The notes under the pieces are model-generated. The model was not told where the DNA came from. It searched no databases and saw nothing but the letters and a program-made list of their open reading frames with translations. This document shows positions 1-9,667 of a stretch of 56,626 nt of DNA, one piece after another. This DNA is from an uncultured Bacteroides sp. (GTDB taxonomy: Bacteria; Bacillota; Clostridia; Oscillospirales; Ruminococcaceae), in assembly GCA_964369715.1 (NCBI GenBank), contig CAYJGV010000003.1:14416-71041 (forward strand). The letters run 5' to 3'. Position numbers and translations under genes: made by a program. The number at the start of each line of letters is the position of its first letter. The first letter of the stretch is position 1.

Positions 1-2
1 AG

Positions 3-239
3 CCTATTATCGGGCTTAGAATTTTATATATTTTAGCAGGTGGTTTTTTTGGATTATTCGGTGTGCTAATTCTCACAATATTGATGCTTATAAATATGAA
101 TAATATGCAAATTTTTGATATGCCGTACACGGCACCGCTTATTCCAATTACAAAAAGTGCTTTAAAGGACGGTATAATTCGAGTAAGGTGGAGAGAGTTG
201 AGCAAATATCACAATAATATTTGGAAAAAAAGAGGGTGA
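3..239 (+). CDS. Spore germination receptor subunit A (GerA/GerKA family), C-terminal fragment, truncated by window edge
   Basis: Frame 3 reads PIIGLRILYILAGGFFGLFG...FDMPYTAPLIP...KDGIIR, matching the GerA C-terminal LR/PY..P..P/KD..R pattern; followed by B- and C-like subunits. Confidence 0.8.
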   Translation, partial: PIIGLRILYILAGGFFGLFGVLILTILMLINMNNMQIFDMPYTAPLIPITKSALKDGIIRVRWRELSKYHNNIWKKRG

Positions 240-243
240 TAAA

Positions 244-1278
244 GTGTCAGAAAATTGTAAAAAGACTTCGAAGCATGAATTGAGTTTAAAACAGTTAAGA
301 ATTTTACTATTTTCCGGTTTAATCGTAGATACAGTATTGGTTTATTTCGATACAAATGTTTCGTTCACGGCATATGAAAAAACGTGGTCAAGCATAATAA
401 ATACCATTATTGTGTTAGTTTTTGCATATGTTTTTTTAAATAATATAAAGTTTAAAGAAAATAGTATAATTTTTGGTATAACTGCATTTTTTGCATTTGT
501 GCTCAACGGCGGTATTGTATTACTAGACAGTGAAAAATTTGTAAGCTATGCAAGTGATGTTCAATATTCAGGGCTTTTAATTGCGATTATGATTATTATA
601 GTTTGCATTTACGCCATAAAATGTGCACAGCATACTTTATCACGAACATGCGCTGTATTTATAGCAATTTTCATAGTGTTTTCTCTTATATTGTTTCTTG
701 CGAACGCAAATAAGATAGATATAACAAATTTAAACCATGCATGGCAAGCAAAAAGTGGAGCCCTTGTTGCCTCGTTTATGACGTTTAAATTTCCTGCAAG
801 TATTTTGCTTTTTACTGTAATTCCTACAAATGAAAAAATTAAAGTGAATAAAACTATTTTACCTGTTATGCTAATTATTTGTGCTATACAAATTGTTTTT
901 GCCATTGTAAGTGAGCTTGTTTTTGCACAGCAAATAAGCGAATATTCACAACCTATTTATGCACTTGCAAAAACAGCACAATTATCAGTGTTCGAACATT
1001 TAGAACCCATTTATTTTTGTGTTTTTCTATTCGCTTTAATTATAAAAGCTTGTGTGCTATTTTTAGGTGCACTTTATTCAATAAAGCCATTGTTGAAAAA
1101 TAAAACAATAGAATTTCAAACAGCTTTTGTAATCTTAACGGGAATAATTTGCCTAATAATTGTTTCGTTTGTTTCTGTATATATAACCAGCTTGTTTGCA
1201 AGTGTTATTTGTATAATTGCGCTTATAACGTATAAAATTAATTTTAAATCTAAAAGTATTGCAAGGGAGAATGTATGA
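244..1278 (+). CDS. Spore germination receptor subunit B (GerAB/APC-type permease), divergent
   Basis: About 10 hydrophobic segments; PIYALAK...FEHLE motif; lies between GerA-like and GerC-like genes. Confidence 0.75.
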   Translation: MSENCKKTSKHELSLKQLRILLFSGLIVDTVLVYFDTNVSFTAYEKTWSSIINTIIVLVFAYVFLNNIKFKENSIIFGITAFFAFVLNGGIVLLDSEKFVSYASDVQYSGLLIAIMIIIVCIYAIKCAQHTLSRTCAVFIAIFIVFSLILFLANANKIDITNLNHAWQAKSGALVASFMTFKFPASILLFTVIPTNEKIKVNKTILPVMLIICAIQIVFAIVSELVFAQQISEYSQPIYALAKTAQLSVFEHLEPIYFCVFLFALIIKACVLFLGALYSIKPLLKNKTIEFQTAFVILTGIICLIIVSFVSVYITSLFASVICIIALITYKINFKSKSIARENV

Positions 1279-2288
1279 AAAAAGCAGTGTGTTTTTTAAT
1301 ATTGTGCAGCTTAATAATTATATTTACATCGTGTGTAAAGCAAGTGTCGGTAAGCTCGCTTGCAGTAGTAAAAGCTATTTTTATAGATAAAACATCAAAT
1401 GGAGATGTGCATGTTTCGCTTGTTATTAATGAAACAGAGCTTGGCGCAAGTACTTCTGATATAAAAAATGTGCCTAAAATTTATTCTGCACAGGGTAGCA
1501 CATTGGAAAGTGCAATAAAAAATGCAGAAAAAATGCAGAGTAAAACCCCATTTTACGAACATAATAAATTGCTGATAATAAGCGAAAATGCCTATGATGA
1601 TTTATCATCTCATTTAAACTATTTTAAAAAAGAACAAACAGATGCGGCAAAAACATCAGTGTTTTTAACCGAGCTTAATTACAGCGAGTTTGCTCAATTA
1701 GAAAACTCGGCAGAAGATTTTATTAAAACCTGTGAAGGCCTTTTGCAAGACGATGAACAAAACAAAACCTTGCAGATACTCGAGCTTGATTTTGACGAGC
1801 AAGAAAAATTTTACGGTTATTTGCCTATGCTAAAAATAAAAGAGAATGTTCTACTTGGCGTTGACGAACTGATAGTATTTAAATCCGGCACAGCAGAGTT
1901 CTCACTCAATAAACAGGGTGTTGATATTATGCTATTGCTAAATAATAAGCAAAAAAATTTAGATATAACACTTGAAAAAGATGGGCAAGAAATAAACATA
2001 AAAACGCACAATATCTTTAAGCAATATAATGTAGATGATAATGGGAATATGAAAATTGTCTTTAGTGCACAGGTTCATAATGTTACAAGTGATGCACAAA
2101 AATTATATTTGAATGAGCTGGAGGAAGCGTTAATTTTTGCGAATGAAAGCTTAGCAGATATTTGCAAAACAATATTAGAATTGACTACAGAAAAAAACAA
2201 TGACTTTTTAAATTTAAACTGGTATACTTTGCAAAAAGAGCATAAATATTTAAACAATATTGAGGTTGTGTTTAATATTTATCCTTAG
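1275..2288 (+). CDS. Ger(x)C family germination lipoprotein
   Basis: Lipobox FTSC; LAVVKAIFID, G.TL..AI, FYEHNKLLIISE motifs; start overlaps upstream stop. Confidence 0.8.
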   Translation: MKKAVCFLILCSLIIIFTSCVKQVSVSSLAVVKAIFIDKTSNGDVHVSLVINETELGASTSDIKNVPKIYSAQGSTLESAIKNAEKMQSKTPFYEHNKLLIISENAYDDLSSHLNYFKKEQTDAAKTSVFLTELNYSEFAQLENSAEDFIKTCEGLLQDDEQNKTLQILELDFDEQEKFYGYLPMLKIKENVLLGVDELIVFKSGTAEFSLNKQGVDIMLLLNNKQKNLDITLEKDGQEINIKTHNIFKQYNVDDNGNMKIVFSAQVHNVTSDAQKLYLNELEEALIFANESLADICKTILELTTEKNNDFLNLNWYTLQKEHKYLNNIEVVFNIYP

Positions 2289-2348
2289 GTAAAGTTAATA
2301 GAAACAATGTGTTTTATTAATAATAAACATCAATGCAAAACAAACTAT

Positions 2349-3029
2349 TTAAGGTTTTAAATGTTTTCTAAGTTTTATCAATGCTTTGCCTTCTATTCTG
2401 GAAATAAAACTTCTGCTTATTTGTAAAATATCGGCAACTTGTTGTTGCGTTAGCGGTTTTTTTCCATATAATCCGTAACGAAGTATGATTATTCTTCGCT
2501 CACGTTCATCAAGTGAAGACAGTACATCATATAGTTTTTTTACTTCTTGCTTGCCCTCAAAATCATATTCAATATTAAAATTATCTGCAACAATATCATA
2601 TAATGTTAGACTGTTTCCGTCTTTATCATGCTCTAAGGTGTCATAAATAGAGATTGAAGAAGCCTCTTTTTTTTCACTTCGAAAATGCATTAAAACTTCG
2701 TTTTCAATGCACCTGGCTGCATAAGTTGAAAATCTTGCACCTTTTTCACAATCAAACGTATTAACGGCTTTTATCATACCGATAGTTCCTATGCTGATTA
2801 AATCTTCTTGTGGTGTATTGCTGGTGTAATATTTTTTCACAACATGGGCAACTAAACGTAAATTATGGCGGATAAGCTTATCCGATGCAGTTTTATCGCC
2901 ACTTTTAAGTGCAAGAAATGTTTCTTTTTCTTCGCTTGGGCTAAGTGGTTTAGGAAAATTACTTGTTTCTAGGTGAAGTGCAAAATAAATAATATGACTT
3001 GCTACAAAAGCTAAAATAGCTGAAAACAT
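2349..3029 (-). CDS. sigK: Mother-cell sporulation sigma factor pro-sigma K, uninterrupted
   Basis: Hydrophobic pro-sequence then FPKPLS; HNLRLVAHVVKKY, EDLISIGTIGMIKAV, TYAARCIENEVLMHFR, ISRSFISRIE; ATG at 3029 with AAGGGGG SD preferred over the ORF-track TTG start at 3068. Confidence 0.92.
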   Translation of the reverse strand: MFSAILAFVASHIIYFALHLETSNFPKPLSPSEEKETFLALKSGDKTASDKLIRHNLRLVAHVVKKYYTSNTPQEDLISIGTIGMIKAVNTFDCEKGARFSTYAARCIENEVLMHFRSEKKEASSISIYDTLEHDKDGNSLTLYDIVADNFNIEYDFEGKQEVKKLYDVLSSLDERERRIIILRYGLYGKKPLTQQQVADILQISRSFISRIEGKALIKLRKHLKP

Positions 3030-3050
3030 AAAATTTGCCCCCTTTATACA

Positions 3051-3080
3051 AATGTATGAAGGGGGCAAGCTTGATTATAC
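3051..3080 (-). promoter_or_regulatory. Putative sigma-E-type promoter of sigK
   Basis: Minus strand GTATAA-N16-CATACATT fits the ATA-N16/18-CATACA-T sigma-E consensus. Confidence 0.6.
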
Positions 3081-3212
3081 TATATTAAATTTTAATTTTA
3101 TAAAAACGTTTTAATGCTTAGTATTAAATAAAATAATACATTAGGATTATTTTAAAAAACATATAGTTTATAGTTTAAACGAAAATAGAAATACTTATTG
3201 TAGGTTATATTT

Positions 3213-6200
3213 TTAAAAAAATGATGTTTGGCTGCTTTTCGGCAAATCTCCAAGTGCGCCAACACCTGCAAGCAAATCAATAACGCTGTTTGTAATTCCG
3301 CCCTCGCTTTGAAGTTCTTCTGCTGAAATATATTTTTGACCATTTATTGTCGCTTTTTCAAGAGCAATTGCTGCATTCTCTCCAAGCCCTTTAATAGACA
3401 TGAACGGTAAGCGGATTTTGCCATCTTCTATCACATATGTTTGTGCACGGCTTTTTCCAAGTTCTATCGGCAAAAATTGATAGCCTCTTGCAAGCATTTC
3501 ATTTACAATTTGAAGCGAGGCTAAAATATCTTCATCTTTTGCCTTTTTTTCTTCTTTTAATCTGGCATTGACAATTTTCATCGCCTTTTTTGCTGCTTGC
3601 GTGCCACCAAGTGCCGCTTCATAGTCAATATCTTCACCACGCACGGTAAAATGTGTTGCATAATATGCTAAAGGCTCATAAATTTTAAACCACATAAGCC
3701 TAATTGCAGCTATTAAATAAGCCACAGCATGTGCTTTTGGGAACATGTATTTTATTTTTTTACAGCTGTCAATATACCACTCGGGCACTTCATTTTGGCG
3801 AAGTATATCCTCCATTCCATCGGGGAAGCCAAATTTCGAAACAATACCCTTACGTGTGAGCTCCATAATTTTAAATGCGTGTATAGGTTCTATGCCCTTG
3901 TGCATCAAATATGTCATAATGCTGTCACGTGTGCCTATAACGTCAGAAATAGTACATGTTCCGCTTTTGATAAGGTCCTGTGCATTTCCATTCCAAACGT
4001 CTGTCCCGTGGGAAAGTCCACTAATTTGTATCAAGTCACCAAAGCTTTTTGGCTGTGCCTCAATAAGCATATTACGCACAAACCCAGTGCCAAGCTCCGG
4101 TATGCCAAAAGTGCCTGTTTGGCTTTCAATATCATCGGGTTTTACGCCAAGTGCTTTTGTGGAAACCAGCAAAGATATAACTTTTTCGTCATTCATTGGC
4201 ACGCTTTCCATTTTGATGCCTGTCATATCTTCTAAATATTTATACATGGTTGGAACATCATGTCCGAGCTCATCAAGCTTTAAGATATTATCATGTAAGT
4301 ATTTAAATTCAAAATGTGTTGTGACAACGCCCTTTTCTTTATCATCAGCAGGGTGTTGTATAGGGCAAAAATCAAAAACATCAAAATCATCAGGCACAAC
4401 AACCATGCCGCCGGGATGTTGTCCTGTTGTACGTTTTACGCCCACACAGCCTTGTACAAGTCTATTTTCCTCAGCTTTGTTTATAATTCGTCCGCGTTCT
4501 TCTAAATATTTTTTTACATAGCCATAGGCGGTTTTATCTTGCAAACCCGAGATTGTACCGGCCTTGAAAACATAGTCTTGACCAAAAAGCTCTTCTGTAT
4601 ATTTATGTATTCTTCCTTGAACATCGCCTGAAAAGTTAAGGTCGATATCAGGTTCTTTATCACCGTCAAAACCAAGGAAAGTTTCAAATGGAATATCGTG
4701 CCCGTCCATAAGCAATTTTGTGTTACAATTAGGGCAATTTTTATCGGGTAAATCAAAACCATCAGCAACAGAGCCATCGGTGAAAAATTCGCTGTATTTG
4801 CATTCGGGGCAAAGGTAATGCGGTTGCAAACTATTTACTTCGGATATACCCGAAAAATGTGCAACAGCAGAAGAGCCAACTGAACCCCTAGAACCAACTA
4901 GATAGCCATAATCTTCGCTTTTTAAAACAAGTTTTTGCGCTATAACGTATAAAACAGCAAATCCGTGTTTAATTATAGAATTAAGCTCTCTATCAAGGCG
5001 TTCTTTTACAACACTGGGCAAGGGATCGCCATAGCGTTTAATGGCATTGTCTAAGGTGTCTTTGCGTAGGCTTTCATCTGCGCCCTCAATAAACGGTGTA
5101 AAAAGTCCGCGTGGAATTGCCCTGATGTCACCCTCGATGACATCAAGTAGCTTATTTGGGTTTTCGACAACAATTTCATATGCCTTTTCTTTGCTAATGT
5201 ACTTAAATTCATTAAGCATATCTTGTGTTGTTCTAAAATATAACGGTGCCTGATTATCTGCATCATCATATCCGTTGCCTGCTTGTAAAACAGCCCTATA
5301 AGCGCTGTCATAAGGCTCACAAAAATGCACATCGCCTGTTGCAATTACAGGTTTGTTTACTTCTTCGCCAAGCTGTATTATTTTTTTGTTAAAGTTTTCA
5401 ATATCCTCTAAACTGCCAACAATATTTTTTCGCACCATATATTCATTGTTGCCAATGGGTTGAACTTCTAAAAAATCATAAAAAGATGCTATTTTTTTAA
5501 GTTCCTCATCGCCTCTGCCTTCGACAACAGCCCTGTAAAGCTCACCTGCTTCACAGGCGGAACCTAAAATCAATCCGTCTCTGTGTTTAACAAGCAAACT
5601 ACGTGGAATTCTTGGCACTTTGAAAAAATAATCAAGATGTGCTTTTGAAACAATTTTATATAGATTTTTAAGCCCTTGCTGGTTTTTCACAAGAATTATC
5701 ATATGAAAATTCTTTTTTGCAAGCTCTTTTGTGCCACCGAGACCCGTGTTAATTTCCTCGATTTTTTTTATGCCTAGTGCCTTAAGCTCATCGATAAATT
5801 TTATATATATTCGTGCAAGTGCAAGCGCATCATCACTTGCACGGTGGTGTTGAAATGCAGGTATTTCAAGATGTTTGCTAATTGTTCCAAGCTTATAATT
5901 TCGAAGTCCAAGGCAAACACTTTGCGCCATAGGTAAAGTGTCGATATAAGTAAAATTACACTCAATATTGCAACGTTTTGCGGTTTCGATTAAAAAGCGA
6001 ATATCAAAACCGTGCGCATTATGCGCAATTAAAATTCTACCGTTTACAAATTCTAAAAACTTCTTCAAAGCCTCCTCCTCAAGAGGAGCATCCTTAAGCA
6101 TATTGTCGGTAATTCCTGTAATTTCAGTGATTTTTGCACTTAAATGCCTTTCAGGATTGACAAAAGTGTTAAAAACATCTGTGGTTTCACCATTTTCAAC

Positions 6201-7523
6201 CACAACAGCACCAATTTCAGTTATACGCTCTGAAATAGGGGAGAGACCTGTCGTTTCAAGGTCGAAAACAACAATAGGCGCATCAATATCACCCTTTTGT
6301 TCGCCATAAACAACGGGAACCATGTCATCGACAAAATAAGCTTCTACACCATAAACAAGCTTAAAATCAGGGTCCTTTTTATGTATTGCGTCAACGGCAA
6401 GCATTGCCTCAGGGAATGCTTGTACGACACCATGGTCAGTTATTGCAACACCTCTGTGTCCCATTTTATGTGCTAAATTTACAATGGTTTTTGTGTCGCA
6501 AAAGCCGTCCATACTGCTTTGTTTTGTGTGCAGATGAAATTCAACACGTTTAACTTCCTCTGTGTCTTCACGTGTTTTTCTCTCTATTTTAATAATATCT
6601 CTTGGATAAATAACATAATCGCCCTCGTATTTATCATAGGCGCAATCACCCCTGATAACTAAAGTATCACCTTTGCTTATATTATCCCATTTTTCAGTGT
6701 TTGCATTTTGGTCTAAAATAATTTTCATATTAATCGAGCCGGAGTAATCTGTAATGGAAATAGAATATATTTTTTTCCAGTTTCCGTTTGTTGCAGTAAA
6801 AAATACATCGCCCCAAACAGATATTTTACCCGGATTTGAGGCAGCATCAATTAATTTCGTAAATTCATCAGGCTTTGGTTTAAACATTTGACCGCTTACA
6901 GTTTTTGCAGGTGTTGGTGCAACATCAACACCGCTAATTTCTACAATATTACCCTCTTTAACAATAGTTTTTTGGGCAGGCATTTTTTTCATGATTCGCG
7001 CTTCTACTTCTGCCGCAGTAAAGCTTTCACCGCAAACAAGTTTTACACGTATTTCTTCGCCTGTTCGCAAAAATATCTCGTCTTGCAGTATTTTATCAAA
7101 TTTAATTTCACTTAAAAGGCTAAGCCCGTTTTTTAAATTTAAAATAAGTGTAGGTATTTCTTCGCCCTTGTCAATTTCTACACTGCAATCTTGCATAAAA
7201 CCATTAATGGGTATGCCTTTAGATTTAAGCTCTGAGATAATGTCAAGCACGGATATATCATTTAATTGTGAAAATGGAAAAAGACCCAAAGTGTCTACAC
7301 TAAGGGCCGGGAAATCATTAACTAAGCTCTGTTTAATATATTCAACTGTATCTATGCCAAGAGGTGTTTTTGAACAATAGACAACTAAGGCTTTGTTTTG
7401 CCTTCGGTTAAGTTCAACACGCTCTATATAAACATCATTTAAAAGCTTGCTGTGGAAGCTCTCGCTTTTTAAATGTGGCCACAAAGATAATATGTAAGGT
7501 TTAATGCTGTTTTCTTCATACAT
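3213..7523 (-). CDS. polC: DNA polymerase III PolC-type alpha subunit
   Basis: PHP motifs HLHTKQSSMDG and AITDHG; inserted exonuclease VFDLETTG/HHRASDDA; GSRGSVGSS, CPEC...CPNC zinc finger, PDIDLNFSG, KIKYMFPKAHA. Confidence 0.98.
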   Translation of the reverse strand: MYEENSIKPYILSLWPHLKSESFHSKLLNDVYIERVELNRRQNKALVVYCSKTPLGIDTVEYIKQSLVNDFPALSVDTLGLFPFSQLNDISVLDIISELKSKGIPINGFMQDCSVEIDKGEEIPTLILNLKNGLSLLSEIKFDKILQDEIFLRTGEEIRVKLVCGESFTAAEVEARIMKKMPAQKTIVKEGNIVEISGVDVAPTPAKTVSGQMFKPKPDEFTKLIDAASNPGKISVWGDVFFTATNGNWKKIYSISITDYSGSINMKIILDQNANTEKWDNISKGDTLVIRGDCAYDKYEGDYVIYPRDIIKIERKTREDTEEVKRVEFHLHTKQSSMDGFCDTKTIVNLAHKMGHRGVAITDHGVVQAFPEAMLAVDAIHKKDPDFKLVYGVEAYFVDDMVPVVYGEQKGDIDAPIVVFDLETTGLSPISERITEIGAVVVENGETTDVFNTFVNPERHLSAKITEITGITDNMLKDAPLEEEALKKFLEFVNGRILIAHNAHGFDIRFLIETAKRCNIECNFTYIDTLPMAQSVCLGLRNYKLGTISKHLEIPAFQHHRASDDALALARIYIKFIDELKALGIKKIEEINTGLGGTKELAKKNFHMIILVKNQQGLKNLYKIVSKAHLDYFFKVPRIPRSLLVKHRDGLILGSACEAGELYRAVVEGRGDEELKKIASFYDFLEVQPIGNNEYMVRKNIVGSLEDIENFNKKIIQLGEEVNKPVIATGDVHFCEPYDSAYRAVLQAGNGYDDADNQAPLYFRTTQDMLNEFKYISKEKAYEIVVENPNKLLDVIEGDIRAIPRGLFTPFIEGADESLRKDTLDNAIKRYGDPLPSVVKERLDRELNSIIKHGFAVLYVIAQKLVLKSEDYGYLVGSRGSVGSSAVAHFSGISEVNSLQPHYLCPECKYSEFFTDGSVADGFDLPDKNCPNCNTKLLMDGHDIPFETFLGFDGDKEPDIDLNFSGDVQGRIHKYTEELFGQDYVFKAGTISGLQDKTAYGYVKKYLEERGRIINKAEENRLVQGCVGVKRTTGQHPGGMVVVPDDFDVFDFCPIQHPADDKEKGVVTTHFEFKYLHDNILKLDELGHDVPTMYKYLEDMTGIKMESVPMNDEKVISLLVSTKALGVKPDDIESQTGTFGIPELGTGFVRNMLIEAQPKSFGDLIQISGLSHGTDVWNGNAQDLIKSGTCTISDVIGTRDSIMTYLMHKGIEPIHAFKIMELTRKGIVSKFGFPDGMEDILRQNEVPEWYIDSCKKIKYMFPKAHAVAYLIAAIRLMWFKIYEPLAYYATHFTVRGEDIDYEAALGGTQAAKKAMKIVNARLKEEKKAKDEDILASLQIVNEMLARGYQFLPIELGKSRAQTYVIEDGKIRLPFMSIKGLGENAAIALEKATINGQKYISAEELQSEGGITNSVIDLLAGVGALGDLPKSSQTSFF

Positions 7524-7526
7524 ATA

Positions 7527-8582
7527 CTACACCATTTTTTCAATTTCTTCGCATAATTGTCCAACAATATCGCCGCGCAACATTCGTTTTTGTTCGCCTT
7601 TAACAAACAGCATTGCGCAATCTTTTCCGCCGGCTATGCCTATGTCAGCGCCTTTTGCCTCGCCCGGGCCATTGACAACACAGCCCATTACAGCAACCTT
7701 AATAGGTTTTTTACAGTGTTTTAAGCGCTCTTCAACTTCAAGTGCAATTTGTGCTACTTCTATATTAGTTCTGCCACATGTGGGGCAACTTATAATTTCT
7801 ACGCCGTCTACGCTGTGGCCGGCAGCACGCAAAATATCAAAGCCGGCTTTTATTTCTTTTTCAGGCTCGTCGGTTAACGATACACGCAAGGTGTCGCCTA
7901 TGCCATTCATTAAAAGCGTGCCTATGCCCATTGCGGATTTTATAAGACCCATGCGGTAAGTTCCGGCTTCTGTAACACCCACATGCAAAGGATAATTGCA
8001 TTTATCGCTTAAAATTTTATAAGCTTCTACAACAGTTGGCACATGAGAGGATTTTATAGATACGACAATATTATCAAAATTGTTTTTTTCTAAAAGCTCT
8101 ATGTGATACATCGCACTTTCCACAAGTGCAATTGGGGTAGGGCTGCCGTATTTATCTAAAATATGCTTTTCAAGGCTGCCTGCATTTACACCAATTCTAA
8201 TTGGTACATTATTTGCTTGGCACGCATTTACAACGCTTTTTATCTTTTCATCGTCACCGATATTTCCAGGGTTAATACGTATTTTATCGACACCTTCGGC
8301 AATGCTTGCTAAGGCGGCCTTATAATCAAAATGTATGTCTGCAACTACCGGTATAGAAATTGCCTTTTTAAGCTCTTTAATTAAAACGGCATCTTTTGGA
8401 GAGGGAACAGTAACACGCACAATTTGGCAGCCCTCTGCTTGTAAACGCAATGCTTGCTCGACATTTGCGTTTACATCTTCAAGCCTTGCGTTTAACATGC
8501 TTTGAACAGCAATAGAGTTTCCCGCACCTATTTTTACGTTCCCAATTTTAATTTCTTTTGTTATTTTACGTGTTATCGGCAT
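7527..8582 (-). CDS. ispG: HMBPP synthase (flavodoxin-dependent)
   Basis: VADIHFD, RINPGNIG, HVGVTEAG, SCPTCGRT, MGCVVNGPGEA. Confidence 0.98.
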   Translation of the reverse strand: MPITRKITKEIKIGNVKIGAGNSIAVQSMLNARLEDVNANVEQALRLQAEGCQIVRVTVPSPKDAVLIKELKKAISIPVVADIHFDYKAALASIAEGVDKIRINPGNIGDDEKIKSVVNACQANNVPIRIGVNAGSLEKHILDKYGSPTPIALVESAMYHIELLEKNNFDNIVVSIKSSHVPTVVEAYKILSDKCNYPLHVGVTEAGTYRMGLIKSAMGIGTLLMNGIGDTLRVSLTDEPEKEIKAGFDILRAAGHSVDGVEIISCPTCGRTNIEVAQIALEVEERLKHCKKPIKVAVMGCVVNGPGEAKGADIGIAGGKDCAMLFVKGEQKRMLRGDIVGQLCEEIEKMV

Positions 8583-8591
8583 TTTTAACCT

Positions 8592-9647
8592 CTAATTTAT
8601 CAATCTTGTAATATCGTTAAAAGTGGTGAAAAGCATTAAACCAATAAGCAAAATAAATCCCATTGCATTAACTGCAATTTCATATTTCTGTTTTATAGGT
8701 TTTCTTCGGATAGCTTCAATTATTAAAAATAACAATCGACCACCATCAAGAGCAGGCACAGGTAAAATATTAAATACACCTAAATTAATAGAGATAAGTG
8801 CTGTTAATAAAAGTAAATTATCAATACCCAGTCCAGAAGCCTCACCAATAGCGGTGACAATGCCAACAGGGCCTGAAAGCGAATTTATGGCAACTCTGCC
8901 TGTGATTAAATCTGTAAGGCTGACAAATACCATTCTAACAAGCGATAAACCCCAGTTAAATGCAGAGCTAATCACATTAAAAAATGTCTTTTGTTCACCA
9001 ACCACTTTAAAATCTAAAATTAATTGTTTTATACCGTTTTCATCTGTATAAGTTTCAAAAACGATATTATCAAGTTCTACAGTTTCTCCACTGCGTAAAA
9101 CTGTTAAATCCGCAATGCCTTCTTGTGTCCTTGCAAATTCATAAATAATATCATTCGCAGTAAAACAACGCCTGCCATTTACGGCCGTTATTGTGTCGCC
9201 AACTTGTAAACCGCTCGCCTGTGTGCTTGCGTTTTCTTCAAATTCGGCAATAGTTCTTGTGGTAATTGCACTGCTCATACTAACAACAATGACAAGCACT
9301 AAAAACCCTAAAACTAAGTTCATAAAAGCGCCTGCAACAATGACAATCATACGGTTTAATATAGGTGCTTTTGTAAAAGAGCCCTCGTCTTCGCTTTCTT
9401 CGTCCTCGCCTTCCATGCTGACAAAACCGCCAATAGGCAATAGCCTTAATGCATAAACAGTGCCGTTTTTCTCTTTTTTAAATATTGTTGGGCCCATGCC
9501 AAGCGCAAACTCGTGTACTGTTATTTTGCTTTTTTTAGCGGCGATAAAATGCCCAAGTTCATGTATGAAAATAACCGAGCCAAAAACCAAGATAGAGGAT
9601 AAAGCAGTTATTAAAAAAGATATTGCGGTGCTTAAAAAATCTTGCAT
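8592..9647 (-). CDS. rseP: Site-2 RIP metalloprotease with PDZ domain
   Basis: HELGH zinc motif, LLPIGGFV, NILPVPALDGG; follows dxr. Confidence 0.95.
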   Translation of the reverse strand: MQDFLSTAISFLITALSSILVFGSVIFIHELGHFIAAKKSKITVHEFALGMGPTIFKKEKNGTVYALRLLPIGGFVSMEGEDEESEDEGSFTKAPILNRMIVIVAGAFMNLVLGFLVLVIVVSMSSAITTRTIAEFEENASTQASGLQVGDTITAVNGRRCFTANDIIYEFARTQEGIADLTVLRSGETVELDNIVFETYTDENGIKQLILDFKVVGEQKTFFNVISSAFNWGLSLVRMVFVSLTDLITGRVAINSLSGPVGIVTAIGEASGLGIDNLLLLTALISINLGVFNILPVPALDGGRLLFLIIEAIRRKPIKQKYEIAVNAMGFILLIGLMLFTTFNDITRLIN

Positions 9648-9667
9648 AAAAAGCCCTTTCTATTAAA

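Noticed and set aside
2349..3029. skin-like excisable element in sigK
   Set aside because: Reading frame is continuous and no recombinase gene is nearby
3729..4521. Long antisense ORFs in polC, and similar ones in dxr, rseP, ffh, cmk and fusA
   Set aside because: Shadow frames of conserved genes with no recognisable motifs
3213..7523. Intein or intron in polC
   Set aside because: Length and motif order are normal; the PHP interruption is the standard exonuclease domain
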